Shown piece after piece: positions 1 to 7,653 of a stretch of DNA of 22,130 nucleotides. Position 1 is the stretch's first letter; the number at the start of each line of letters is the position of its first letter. This DNA comes from Candidatus Calditenuis sp. (lineage in GTDB: Archaea; Thermoproteota; Nitrososphaeria_A; Caldarchaeales; Calditenuaceae): positions 1-22,130 of the forward strand of contig JAVVHL010000007.1 in the NCBI GenBank assembly GCA_032249575.1, read 5' to 3'. The notes under the pieces were generated by a model. The model saw only the letters and a list, made by a program, of their open reading frames with translations. It was not told the origin of the DNA and did not search any database. The translations under genes were made by a program, and so were the position numbers.

Positions 1-509
1 ACAGGCGGAAGGGAGGCGATAGAGCCCCGCTTGAAGGGCCCCCTGCTCCGGCCCTCCTCATCGGTCACGGACGGGTAGTCCTCCGTGAAGACCAGCAGGA
101 CGTTCCCTCTCCTGTAGACCTTGCCCCTCAGGTCCAGATCCTCCACCGCTTGGGAGATCAGGTCCCTGTAGGCCTCGAGCGAGACCCTGAGGTCCTGGAG
201 AAGCTGGGCCTCGAAGGGCAGGGCGTTCTCGAGCGTCCCGCCGCGGAGCGCCGCGCCCACTATCTTCTCGAGCCTCTTCTCGAGGATTTCCGAGAGCAAA
301 CTCTTCAGGACCTCCAGCTCCTTCTCGCGGATGCGGTGGTGGAGCGAGCCCTTCTCGGCCGTCATCCTGATGGCCCTCCTGAGCTCTCTGGCGTAAGACG
401 CCAGCTGCTCCAGCAGGTCCTCGGGCATCTTGGCCAGCGTCTGGGACCCGAGCTCCTCGGCGTGGACCCTCAGCAACCTCTCGTAGACCATTTCCTCACT
501 GGTCGCCAT
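1..509 (-). CDS. GINS-like DNA replication complex subunit (Gins51/Gins15 type); C-terminal end runs off the window
   Basis: Absent from the ORF track because it is open at the window edge. The reverse frame from ATG (complement of 507..509) has no stop down to position 1. It reads MATSEEMVYERLLRVHAEELGSQTLAKMPEDLLEQLASYARELRRAIR...SEILEKRLEKIVGAAL...VLLVFTEDYPSVTDEEGRSRGPFKRGSIASLP. A helical N-domain ending in R..KI..AA plus a small C-terminal domain with GPF.(K/R)G..A.LP matches my memory of archaeal Gins51. No search was run. Confidence 0.55.
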   Translation of the reverse strand, partial: MATSEEMVYERLLRVHAEELGSQTLAKMPEDLLEQLASYARELRRAIRMTAEKGSLHHRIREKELEVLKSLLSEILEKRLEKIVGAALRGGTLENALPFEAQLLQDLRVSLEAYRDLISQAVEDLDLRGKVYRRGNVLLVFTEDYPSVTDEEGRSRGPFKRGSIASLPP

Positions 510-530
510 TGGCTGCAGTTTTCCGAGGGC

Positions 531-544
531 GAATATCGATATTC
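531..544. promoter_or_regulatory. Perfect 14-nt palindrome GAATATCGATATTC; candidate TATA element for the GINS-like gene
   Basis: Self-complementary A/T-rich 14-mer in the 78-nt divergent spacer. Its centre lies 28 nt upstream of the GINS-like ATG at 509 on the minus strand. A separate box GTTGATATGT (573..582) lies about 28 nt upstream of the rpl14e ATG at 606. Confidence 0.4.
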
Positions 545-605
545 CCTCGAGGTGAGCCCAGCGTATTGGTATGTTGATATGTAGGGCATGGGGTTTGGCG
601 GCGGC

Positions 606-896
606 ATGGGGCTGGAGGAGGAGGTCGGCAGGATCGCGGTCAAGACGCGGGGAAGGGAGGCGGGGCTGAAGTGCGTCATCGTGGACCTCGACAAGGAGGA
701 CGGGTTCGTCGTCGTGACGGGCCCGAAGGACGTCTCGGGCGTCAGGAGGAGGAGGGTCAACGTTCTGCACCTGGCCTTCACTCCCCACAAAGTTAGGATC
801 AGGCGCGGCGCGACGGACGAAGAGGTGAAGAAGGCGCTGGAGGAGGCCGGGCTCCTCGACTACGTCAGATCTAAGGTGAGGGCGGAGGCGCGGTGA
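606..896 (+). CDS. rpl14e: 50S ribosomal protein L14e (eL14, KOW domain)
   Basis: MGLEEEVGRIAVKTRGREAGLKCVIVDLDKEDGFVVVTGPKDVSGVRRRRVNVLHLAFTPHKV..RGATDEEVKKALEEAGL fits the archaeal L14e pattern (GR..vk.aGreaGk.cvIvd...fvlVtGP...gV.RRr.N..HL). The ORF is open from ATG 588. I prefer ATG 606 because it gives the usual ~96 aa and sits ~28 nt downstream of the TATA-like box at 573..582. Confidence 0.85.
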   Translation: MGLEEEVGRIAVKTRGREAGLKCVIVDLDKEDGFVVVTGPKDVSGVRRRRVNVLHLAFTPHKVRIRRGATDEEVKKALEEAGLLDYVRSKVRAEAR

Positions 897-1947
897 CGGT
901 GCTGAGGTTCGTCCACTCCGACCCCTTCAGGGAAAGGGAGAGGGAGACGGTGAGGGTCCGCGAAGCTACGACCGACGAGAGGTACGGGAAGAGGCCTGAG
1001 GAGAGATCGGTGGAGGACCTTCTCCGATTCGGGTACATAGCGGTCGACAAGCACTCGGGGCCTACAAGCCAGGACGTCGTCTCTTCGGTCAGGAGGGTCT
1101 TGGGTGCGGAGGAGGCCGGTCACGGCGGGACCCTCGACGCCGTGAGGGCGGGGGAGATCCCGCTGTAACCGGAGTGCTGCCGGTGCTGCTCGGAAGGGCG
1201 ACGAGGCTGACGCAGGCCGTCACTGGCCTACCGAAGGAGTACGTGGGCGTGATGAGGCTGCACGGCGACGTGAGGGACGAGGAGCTGGCCGAGGCGCTCT
1301 CGAAGTTCGTCGGCGAGATCTACCAGACCCCACCAGTCAGGTCCAGGGTCGCCAGGAGGCCGAGGCTCAGGACCGTCTATGAGCTGGAGGTCATCGAGAG
1401 GGAGGGGAGGGACGTCCTGTTCAGGGCCGTCGTCAGCGGAGGGACCTACGTCAGGAAGCTCTGCCACGACATCGGTCTCCTCCTGGGAACGGGCGCGCAC
1501 ATGAGGGAGCTGAGGAGGACCCGTGTCGGAAACCTCCACGAGTCCCAGTCCCACAACCTCCTCGAGATCTACGCCGCCGTTAGGGCCTACTCGGAGGGCG
1601 ACGAGGGATGGCTCAGGTCGATCCTGAGGAACCCTGAGGAGCTGGTGGCGCACTTGCCGAGGGTCGAGGTCCTCGACACGGCCGTAGACGCCATTTGCCA
1701 CGGAGCACCACTTGCAACTCCAGGCGTCGTGAGCTATGACAGGTCCATCGAGAAGGGCGACCTTGTCGCTATGTTCACGCTGAAGGGCGAGCTGGTGGCC
1801 CTGGGGAGGGCCGAGAAGTCGGCGCTGGACTTCGACGAGGGAGGAGTCTTCGTCAGGACCGACGTCGTCTTGATGGAGAGGGGCACATACCCTCCGTTTT
1901 GGAAGGGGCGCTTCAGAGGACCGGTATCTGGAGAACGCGCATCCTGA
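893..1947 (+). CDS. cbf5: Cbf5 / TruB-family pseudouridine synthase (H/ACA RNP catalytic subunit), interrupted by a 20-nt intron: join(893..1136,1157..1947)
   Basis: ORF 893..1168 carries GYIAVDKHSGPTSQDVVSSVRRVLG..EAGHGGTLD (TruB motifs I and II with the catalytic Asp). ORF 1174..1947 is in another frame and continues with (PAVTG)VLPVLLGRATRL...KEYVGVMRLHGDV and a C-terminal PUA domain. The spliced product is 344 aa, normal for Cbf5. The rpl14e-cbf5 neighbourhood is conserved in archaea. The start codon (GTG 893, overlapping the rpl14e stop) is uncertain. Confidence 0.9.
1137..1156 (+). other. Predicted 20-nt pre-mRNA intron within a canonical bulge-helix-bulge (hBHBh') motif
   Basis: Outer helix 1122-1130 (ACGGCGGGA) pairs with 1158-1166 (UCCCGCUGU), 9 bp including one G-U. 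The 3-nt bulge AGA (1155-1157) is on the 3' strand. The central 4-bp helix is CCCU (1131-1134) with GGGG (1151-1154). The 3-nt bulge CGA (1135-1137) is on the 5' strand. The inner helix is CGCC (1138-1141) with GGCG (1147-1150), closed by loop GUGAG. Cutting after the second bulge nucleotide on each strand (1136|1137 and 1156|1157) removes 20 nt and yields ...GGG ACC CTC GAT CCC GCT GTA ACC GGA... = GTLDPAVTG. Confidence 0.8.
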
Positions 1948-2032
1948 CCGCTGAGCCGCTGGAGGCACCGATAAGAGAGCGCCATCAAGAACAACGCTTA
2001 TCGTTTGGACGGGTAACGGAGTTGTAAAGGCC

Positions 2033-4042
2033 ATGTCCTCTGAGGGCATCATGGGAGAGCCTCTGCCCTTCGACGAGAAGATAGTGCCGCCGGGCTACAG
2101 CCAGAGGGTCGTGGACCCCGAGGCCTATTTCGCGTTCCACAGGACGTCGGTAGCGGACGTCGAGGCCTTCTGGGGAAGGGTCGCTGAGGAGCTGGAGTGG
2201 TTCAAGAAGTGGGAGAAGGTGATGGTGCCGGGAGAGTACCCGAACGTCTACAGGTGGTTCGTCGGTGCCGAGACCAACATCTCCTACCTCTGCCTCGACC
2301 GTCACGTCAGGACGTGGCGCCGGAACAAGGTCGCAATAATCTGGGAGGGCGAGCCGGTGGACGAAAAGGGGAACCCGAAGGAGCGGAGGGTCCTCACTTA
2401 CTTCGACCTCTGGAGGCTCGTCAACAGGATCGCCTTCGCCCTCAGACGTCTCGGCGTCCGGAGAGGGTCCCGGGTGGCGATCTACATGCCGATGATACCG
2501 GAGCTGCCTGCTGTCATGCTGGCCTGCGCGAGGCTCGGTGCCGTCTTCACGGTCGTCTTCAGCGGCTTCACCAGCGAGAACCTGGCCGTGAGGATGAGGG
2601 ACCTAGGAGCGCGGTTCCTGATAACGGCCGACGGCTTCTACAGGAGGGGACGCGTGATAGAGCTGAAGAAGGTGGCCGACGAGGCGGTCAACCTCTACGA
2701 CGGCATAGAGAAGGTCGTCGTGGTCAGGAGGCTGATGGCGGATGTGCCGATGAAGGAGGGGCGCGATCTATTCCTCGACGAGCTCCTTGCGGGCGTCCCA
2801 GCGAACGCCTACGTGGAACCGGAGAGGATGACCTGCGATGAGCCCCTTTACGTCCTCTACACCTCAGGAACGACGGGAAAGCCGAAGGGCGTCGTCCACG
2901 ACCATCACGGCTACTCGGTACTCCTGCACGCCACCATGAAGTGGGTCTTCGACATAAGGGACGACGACGTCTACTATTGCACCGCTGACATAGGATGGGT
3001 TACTGGACATAGCTACATCGTCTTCGGGCCTTTGATGGAAGGAGCTACGGTCGTGATGTACGAGGGGACACCCGATTACCCGGCGCCGGACAGGTGGTGG
3101 GCCATAGTCGAGCGTTACGGTGTCACGATACTTTACACGACGCCCACAGCTGTGAGGATGCTGATACGCTTCGGCGACGAGCACGTGAAGCGCCACGACC
3201 TCTCCACGCTCAGGCTGATCCACAGCGTCGGCGAGCCGATCAACCCCTCGGCCTGGAGGTGGCTGTACGAGGTAGTGGGAGGGAAGAGGTGCCCTGTTGG
3301 AAGCACTTGGTGGCAGACGGAGACTGGAGGCATCCTGATCAGCCACACACCCGGATTCATGCTCGTTCCCCTGAAGCCGGGCACTAACGGTCCGCCACTG
3401 CCGGGGATAGAGGTGGACGTAGTCGACGAGCAGGGAAGGCCCCTTCCGCCTGGGTCAAAGGGGTTCCTCGCGATCAAGAAGCCCTGGCCCGGAATGCTAG
3501 CCCCTCCAACCGGGTTGTGGGGCGACCCCGAAGGGTACAACAGGATCTACTGGTCCAGGTACCCGGGGATTTACTACACAGGCGATTACGCTGTTAGGGA
3601 CAAAGACGGCTACATCTGGGTTGCGGGGAGGGCAGATGAGGTGCTGAAGGTCGCCGGCCACAGGATAGGAACCTACGAGCTGGAGTCGGCGCTGGTGGCA
3701 CACGGGGCCGTCGCCGAGTCGGCCGTGGTCGGCGTTCCCGACGAGGTCAAGGGAGAGGCACCGGTGGCCTTCGTCGTCCTCAAGTCAGGGCACCAGCCTT
3801 CCGAGGAGCTGAAGGCCGACCTCGTCCGGTGGATAAGGGAGAGGTACGGGCCGATACTGGTGCCGAAGGAGGTCGTCTTCGTCAGGGCCCTCCCGAAGAC
3901 CAGGAGCGGGAAGATCATGAGGAGGCTCTTGAGGGCGGTCCTGATGGGAGCACCGTTGGGCGACGTCACGACTCTCGAGGACGAGGCTACGGTCGAGGAG
4001 GTAAAGGCGGCGTACGAGGAGCTGAAGAGGCAGATCCGCTGA
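2033..4042 (+). CDS. acs: Acetyl-CoA synthetase (AMP-forming)
   Basis: 669 aa with the AMP-binding signature YTSGTTGKPKG, then WWQTETGG, YYTGDYAVRDKDGYIWVAGRADEVLKVAGHRIGT and the C-terminal PKTRSGKIMRR lysine motif. Length and motif order are typical of Acs. Confidence 0.93.
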   Translation: MSSEGIMGEPLPFDEKIVPPGYSQRVVDPEAYFAFHRTSVADVEAFWGRVAEELEWFKKWEKVMVPGEYPNVYRWFVGAETNISYLCLDRHVRTWRRNKVAIIWEGEPVDEKGNPKERRVLTYFDLWRLVNRIAFALRRLGVRRGSRVAIYMPMIPELPAVMLACARLGAVFTVVFSGFTSENLAVRMRDLGARFLITADGFYRRGRVIELKKVADEAVNLYDGIEKVVVVRRLMADVPMKEGRDLFLDELLAGVPANAYVEPERMTCDEPLYVLYTSGTTGKPKGVVHDHHGYSVLLHATMKWVFDIRDDDVYYCTADIGWVTGHSYIVFGPLMEGATVVMYEGTPDYPAPDRWWAIVERYGVTILYTTPTAVRMLIRFGDEHVKRHDLSTLRLIHSVGEPINPSAWRWLYEVVGGKRCPVGSTWWQTETGGILISHTPGFMLVPLKPGTNGPPLPGIEVDVVDEQGRPLPPGSKGFLAIKKPWPGMLAPPTGLWGDPEGYNRIYWSRYPGIYYTGDYAVRDKDGYIWVAGRADEVLKVAGHRIGTYELESALVAHGAVAESAVVGVPDEVKGEAPVAFVVLKSGHQPSEELKADLVRWIRERYGPILVPKEVVFVRALPKTRSGKIMRRLLRAVLMGAPLGDVTTLEDEATVEEVKAAYEELKRQIR

Positions 4043-4046
4043 GCGG

Positions 4047-4475
4047 ATGGTGCGGAAAGAGAGGTCGGCTGGATTCGTAGTCTTCACGGAGCGGGAGGAC
4101 GGCAAGAGGCTTTACCTCTTGTTACATTACCCGAGCGGACATTGGGACTTCCCTAAGGGGCACGTTGAGGAGGGCGAGAGCGAGATCAGGGCCGCGCTCA
4201 GGGAATTGAGGGAGGAGACTGGCCTCACGGACGTCGAGGTCGTCTTCGGCTTCAGGAAGGAGATCAGCTACTTCTTCACTGAGGCTGGGGAGAGGGTTCT
4301 CAAGACCGTTGTCTACTATCTTTGCAGATCCAAAACAACCGAGATCAAACTCTCTTACGAGCACAAGGGCTACGAGTGGTTGCCCTACGAGGCCGCGCTA
4401 TCCAAGATCAAGTTCAGGACCTCGAAAGAGGTTCTCGAGGCGGCCGAGAAGTTCCTGGCATCTCAGAGGACCTGA
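4047..4475 (+). CDS. Nudix hydrolase (Ap4A/diadenosine polyphosphate hydrolase-like)
   Basis: Nudix box GHWDFPKGHVEEGESEIRAALRELREETGL (G x5 E x7 REUxEExGU). 142 aa. Starts 4 nt after the acs stop. Substrate specificity is not inferable from the sequence. Confidence 0.85.
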   Translation: MVRKERSAGFVVFTEREDGKRLYLLLHYPSGHWDFPKGHVEEGESEIRAALRELREETGLTDVEVVFGFRKEISYFFTEAGERVLKTVVYYLCRSKTTEIKLSYEHKGYEWLPYEAALSKIKFRTSKEVLEAAEKFLASQRT

Positions 4476-4795
4476 GATCCCTCGGCGATGTCCCTCTCAG
4501 GAACGAGCGGTACGACCTCGTTCTCGTCCTTCATCGCGGCCAGGATCATGCACTCGGAGACTAGTCCCCTGACCTTCTTCGGCTTGAGGTTCGTCACGAA
4601 CGCGAACTTCCGTCCGAGGAAGTGCTCGGGCTGGTATAGGTGGCCCAGACCAGTGAGGGCCTGCTTCCTGACGCCTCCGAAGTCGACGGTCAGACGGATC
4701 AGCCTGTCGGTCCCCTGAACCCTCTCGGCCTCCACCACCTTCCCTATCCTGATGTCGACCTTCCTGAACTCCGAGATGTCGATCTGCTCCTGCAC
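4463..4795 (-). CDS. Stand-alone tRNA-binding OB-fold protein (Trbp111/CsaA/MetRS C-terminal domain-like)
   Basis: IDISEFRKVDIRIGKVVEAERVQGTDRLIRLTVDFGG.RKQALTGLGHLYQPEHFLGRKFAFVTNLKPKKVRGLVSECMILAA is the typical tRNA_bind domain. The ORF is open up to 4927, but the extra 44 residues are Pro/Gly-rich with no homology pattern. A GTG at 4795 (giving MQEQIDISEF) lies 28 nt downstream of the minus-strand TATA-like AACATATATCA (about 4817..4828). Confidence 0.8.
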   Translation of the reverse strand: MQEQIDISEFRKVDIRIGKVVEAERVQGTDRLIRLTVDFGGVRKQALTGLGHLYQPEHFLGRKFAFVTNLKPKKVRGLVSECMILAAMKDENEVVPLVPERDIAEGSQVL

Positions 4796-4976
4796 ATCGG
4801 ACCGGAACCTCCCAGCATGATATATGTTAAGCGGTGGATTCGGCCCTGAAGAGCTGCCCTTAGGTGTCTCCGTGGGTCGGGGGCACTCGATGCCTGCTGA
4901 CGGTGGGTCCGGTGTCCCGCATCGCACCGGTTCGGCGGAGAAGCTTTAACCAGGAGCATCGTGGGTCATCTACGAG

Positions 4977-5732
4977 TTGTCGTTCAGGTTGACGAGGGAG
5001 GTGGCCGCGGGGAACCCGACGATCGTGGCGCTGCCGGACGTGGGGCTGGTGGGCGTCATAGCGGCCTCCTTCATGATCTCCAGCTCGAGGAGCGAGGTGG
5101 TAGGTAGCATAGAGCTCGAGGACCAGCCGCCGATAGCCGTGATCCAAGAGGGAAGGGTTCTGGACCCGATCAGGATCTACGAGGTGAGGAACGAGCAGGG
5201 GCCGAGCTTCAACGCGGTCTACTCAGACATACCTGTGCCTCCTATGTTGGCTTGGCAGATATCAGAGGCGATAATGGACTTCGCTGGCAGCGTGGGGTCG
5301 AAGGAGCTTTTGGTGCTGGGAGGTCTGCCCGAGCCCAACAGGATCAACATCGATAAGCCCAGGGTCTTCGTCGTCTCGAGCGATCCCGAGTACACTGCGA
5401 GCGTTGCACAGAGGGCTGAGGCCGAGGTCTTCGAGACGGGATACGTCACCGGTCCGAACGCGGCGCTCCTGAAGCTGGGGAGGGAGAGGGGGATCAGGGT
5501 CCTCCTCGTTCTGGCCCAAGCCCACCTCAACTACCCGGACCCTGGAGCATCTGCTGAGGTGATAGCCTTCGTCAACAAGGTCTACGGGACAGCGTATAAC
5601 GTCCAACCGTTGATCGAGCAGGCCGAGTCGATCAGGCTGCAGCTGAGGGACCTCATGAGGAGGACCGCAGCTTCCCTTTCAAGGGGACCGAAGGGGCTGG
5701 AGCTGGAGGCGCCTCCGGGCTACATCAGGTGA
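4977..5732 (+). CDS. PAC2-family proteasome assembly chaperone-like protein
   Basis: 251 aa. N-terminal PTIVALPDVGLVGVIAASFMI matches the PAC2 (archaeal PbaA/PbaB-type) G.pG.G.VG motif region, followed by a C-terminal helical tail. The start is TTG 4977 (or TTG 4989). The TATA-like AAGCTTTAAC at 4941..4950 is about 31 nt upstream. Confidence 0.65.
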   Translation: MSFRLTREVAAGNPTIVALPDVGLVGVIAASFMISSSRSEVVGSIELEDQPPIAVIQEGRVLDPIRIYEVRNEQGPSFNAVYSDIPVPPMLAWQISEAIMDFAGSVGSKELLVLGGLPEPNRINIDKPRVFVVSSDPEYTASVAQRAEAEVFETGYVTGPNAALLKLGRERGIRVLLVLAQAHLNYPDPGASAEVIAFVNKVYGTAYNVQPLIEQAESIRLQLRDLMRRTAASLSRGPKGLELEAPPGYIR

Positions 5733-6285
5733 CGATCGCCTTGACCTCTTTGTAGATCGAGCGGTAGTATAGGAGAACGCCTGCGACGAAGGTCCCCGTC
5801 ATTATTGTCAACGAACCGATCAGGATTGCGGGATTGAAGGAGAACGTCACTGCGGACTCCAGGATCGTCGTCACTACTGCGGCGTTGATCGCGAAAAGCA
5901 GGAAGAGAGTCAGCGGAAGGGCCACGAAAACCCTGTCGATGTACTCCCTCCTCTTCTCTTTGTCCGCGACCTTGCCGAGGAGCAGCGTGAGGCCTGGGAG
6001 GTTGATCAGATACGGGTAGTTGTTAAGGATCTTGTGCCTGAAGATGACGAAGGTCGTGACGAGCAACGCGACCGCAAGCCACGTACCGGTCATGACAGTT
6101 ATGGGCATGAGCAGCCTCGTTTTCGGCCCGATGATGGGCTGCCCGTCAGGTCCGAAGCTCACGGCCACATTCTCAGGGAGGGCGTTGTAGCGGTCCAGGG
6201 CGTACACGGTCACCGCCACGTTTAGGACCCATCCGATCACCAACAGTGCGGCCATGTAACGACCCGGACCGCCCATGTTCCGCAC
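5725..6285 (-). CDS. Integral membrane protein, DUF1648-like
   Basis: 186 aa with about 5 hydrophobic helices. After the first TM comes LPENVAVSFGPDGQPIIGPK, which resembles the DUF1648 signature (P..ip.HF...G.pd..g.K). Candidate starts are GTG 6285, ATG 6276 and ATG 6255. Confidence 0.6.
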   Translation of the reverse strand: MRNMGGPGRYMAALLVIGWVLNVAVTVYALDRYNALPENVAVSFGPDGQPIIGPKTRLLMPITVMTGTWLAVALLVTTFVIFRHKILNNYPYLINLPGLTLLLGKVADKEKRREYIDRVFVALPLTLFLLFAINAAVVTTILESAVTFSFNPAILIGSLTIMTGTFVAGVLLYYRSIYKEVKAIVT

Positions 6286-6334
6286 CTCGGAGAAAAACCG
6301 TGGATCCTGCTCTTGAACCTGCTCAGGGTGTTCT

Positions 6335-6838
6335 TCAGCCGGGCGTCGAAGAGGTGAGGATCGACCTGACTCGGTCCTCGCCGAACCTGCTGATTCTATA
6401 GGTCCCGGTCTCCTCCCTGATCAGGAGGCCGTCCTTGGCCAGCTCGTTGATCCGGGCGACGACGCTGCCGTAGTTCACGGGGAAGCCGTCGTTCCTGAGG
6501 AACTCGTACACCTCCACCGGCTTCATCTCCCTCCTGCCCTTCAACCCCATCGCGAAGTATGTCAGGAGTATTTGGTCCTTCAGCGGGAGCCTCCTGACGG
6601 GCGTGCCCATGTGCGGTACCTCACCGGTCAGGTCGATCCAACCTTCGAGGTTCAGCTCGGCCTCGGCAACGGGTGCGGCGGTTTTGGCGAGCGCCTTGGT
6701 CAGTTCGACGACCTGCTCGTGGACGGACCTCAGCTGTTCAGGGTCGAGGGACCTGAGCTCTTCCGGAGTCATCTCCACCTCATACGACTGACCCTCCTTG
6801 AGCTGGAACCTGAGGCGCACGATCATCCTCCAATACAC
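6335..6838 (-). CDS. Hypothetical protein with C-terminal winged-helix DNA-binding domain
   Basis: The C-terminal 70 aa (MKPVEVYEFLRNDGFPVNYGSVVARINELAKDGLLIREETGTYRISRFGEDRV) has the helix-turn-helix plus beta-hairpin wing pattern of wHTH regulators. The N-terminal half has no recognisable family. GTG 6838 is 28 nt from the minus-strand GGTTTATCAGC box; ATG 6826 is an alternative start. Confidence 0.6.
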   Translation of the reverse strand: MYWRMIVRLRFQLKEGQSYEVEMTPEELRSLDPEQLRSVHEQVVELTKALAKTAAPVAEAELNLEGWIDLTGEVPHMGTPVRRLPLKDQILLTYFAMGLKGRREMKPVEVYEFLRNDGFPVNYGSVVARINELAKDGLLIREETGTYRISRFGEDRVRSILTSSTPG

Positions 6839-6931
6839 CTACAATACTACGAAAAGGCCGGCTGATAAACCTACCGCACCGTCGGCGACCGTGGGATCGG
6901 GCTAATATCCCGCACGTAGTAAGCGCGGCGG

Positions 6932-7222
6932 ATGGACGTCTCAGAGGTCACGATCGAATCGGTCGAGACGGAGGAGAAGGTGAGCCTCTTCAGGGGAAAG
7001 GCGGTGGTCGACGGAGAGGTCGTCAGGTTCTCCGGGATAGCGGTCTACACGATAGGCGGGCCGACGGTCGGCATCAACCTCGAGCAGGAGGACGAGGCGC
7101 GGTTGCTGAGCGCGCTCGGCAGGGAAGGCGTCGACGCGCTGGTCGCTGAACTCCAGAGGAGGATCGTCGAGGGCGACTTCGTCGTGAGCGGCCCCGTGAG
7201 GATCAAGAGGCAACCGCTATGA
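6932..7222 (+). CDS. Hypothetical small protein (96 aa), no recognised family
   Basis: Acidic, protein-like composition. The ATG lies 27 nt downstream of TATA-like GCTAATATCC (6901..6910). The stop overlaps the next start (ATGA at 7219..7222), implying co-translation with the SnoaL-like gene. Confidence 0.55.
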   Translation: MDVSEVTIESVETEEKVSLFRGKAVVDGEVVRFSGIAVYTIGGPTVGINLEQEDEARLLSALGREGVDALVAELQRRIVEGDFVVSGPVRIKRQPL

Positions 7223-7653
7223 CCGAGGAGCTCGCTGTGGTCGAGGTCGTTCTGGACTGCTGGGATGCGGTGAAGGAGGGAGACTTCGGCAGGTTGGCCT
7301 CGCACTACGACCCCGAGCGTTTCACGCTCTTCAGCGAACATCCGCCCCACGGGCTGGAGCGCGGGGAGAGGGCGTTGCTGATCAAGAGGGGCCTCATCAC
7401 ACAGGTCTCAGGCATAGAGGTCGGGCTGGACGGGATCGAGGCGAACGTCTTCGGCGACGTGGCGGTGGTAACCTACACGGTCAGCTACAAGGGGATGCTC
7501 GTCTACCAGTATCGGTTCGAGGGGCAACTGATCTCGGTGACGGCCTTCTGCACCACGGTCCTCGTCAGGCAGCAGGACGGCTGGAAGATCGTCCACGAGC
7601 ACTTCACTAGGCTTCCGGAAGGCAGCGACCTCACCTCTCGGTCAGCCACCTGA
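7219..7653 (+). CDS. SnoaL/NTF2-like fold protein (DUF4440 / ketosteroid-isomerase-like)
   Basis: N-terminal VVEVVLDCWDAVKEGDFGRLASHYDPERFTLFS and C-terminal TTVLVRQQDGWKIVHEHFT are the characteristic first helix and last strand (..dG.WkivH.H.S) of SnoaL-like/NTF2-like domains. Confidence 0.65.
   Translation: MTEELAVVEVVLDCWDAVKEGDFGRLASHYDPERFTLFSEHPPHGLERGERALLIKRGLITQVSGIEVGLDGIEANVFGDVAVVTYTVSYKGMLVYQYRFEGQLISVTAFCTTVLVRQQDGWKIVHEHFTRLPEGSDLTSRSAT

Noticed and set aside
893-1947. cbf5 as a frameshifted pseudogene, a sequencing error, or a programmed -1 frameshift on the GCGGGGGAG run
   Set aside because: A single-base error would not restore the motif: 20 extra nucleotides separate GTLD from PAVTG. 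A -1 shift would insert AVRAGGD into the most conserved TruB motif. The 20 nt coincide exactly with the cleavage sites of a canonical BHB fold, and both exons are otherwise intact, so splicing is the most economical explanation.
4796-4927. N-terminal 44-residue extension of the tRNA-binding protein ORF; also a GC-rich hairpin CCGGTG(4909-4914)/CACCGG(4925-4930) in the 180-nt spacer as a possible small RNA
   Set aside because: The extension is Pro/Gly/Ser-rich with no homology pattern, and it would place the TATA-like box inside the coding sequence. The spacer has no C/D (RUGAUGA...CUGA) or H/ACA box arrangement, and one 6-bp stem is expected by chance in GC-rich DNA.
5715-5732. C-terminal ...PPGYIR of the PAC2-like protein as a proteasome-docking HbYX motif
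   Set aside because: HbYX requires Tyr at the penultimate position. Here Tyr is third from the end, so the motif is not canonical and I make no claim.
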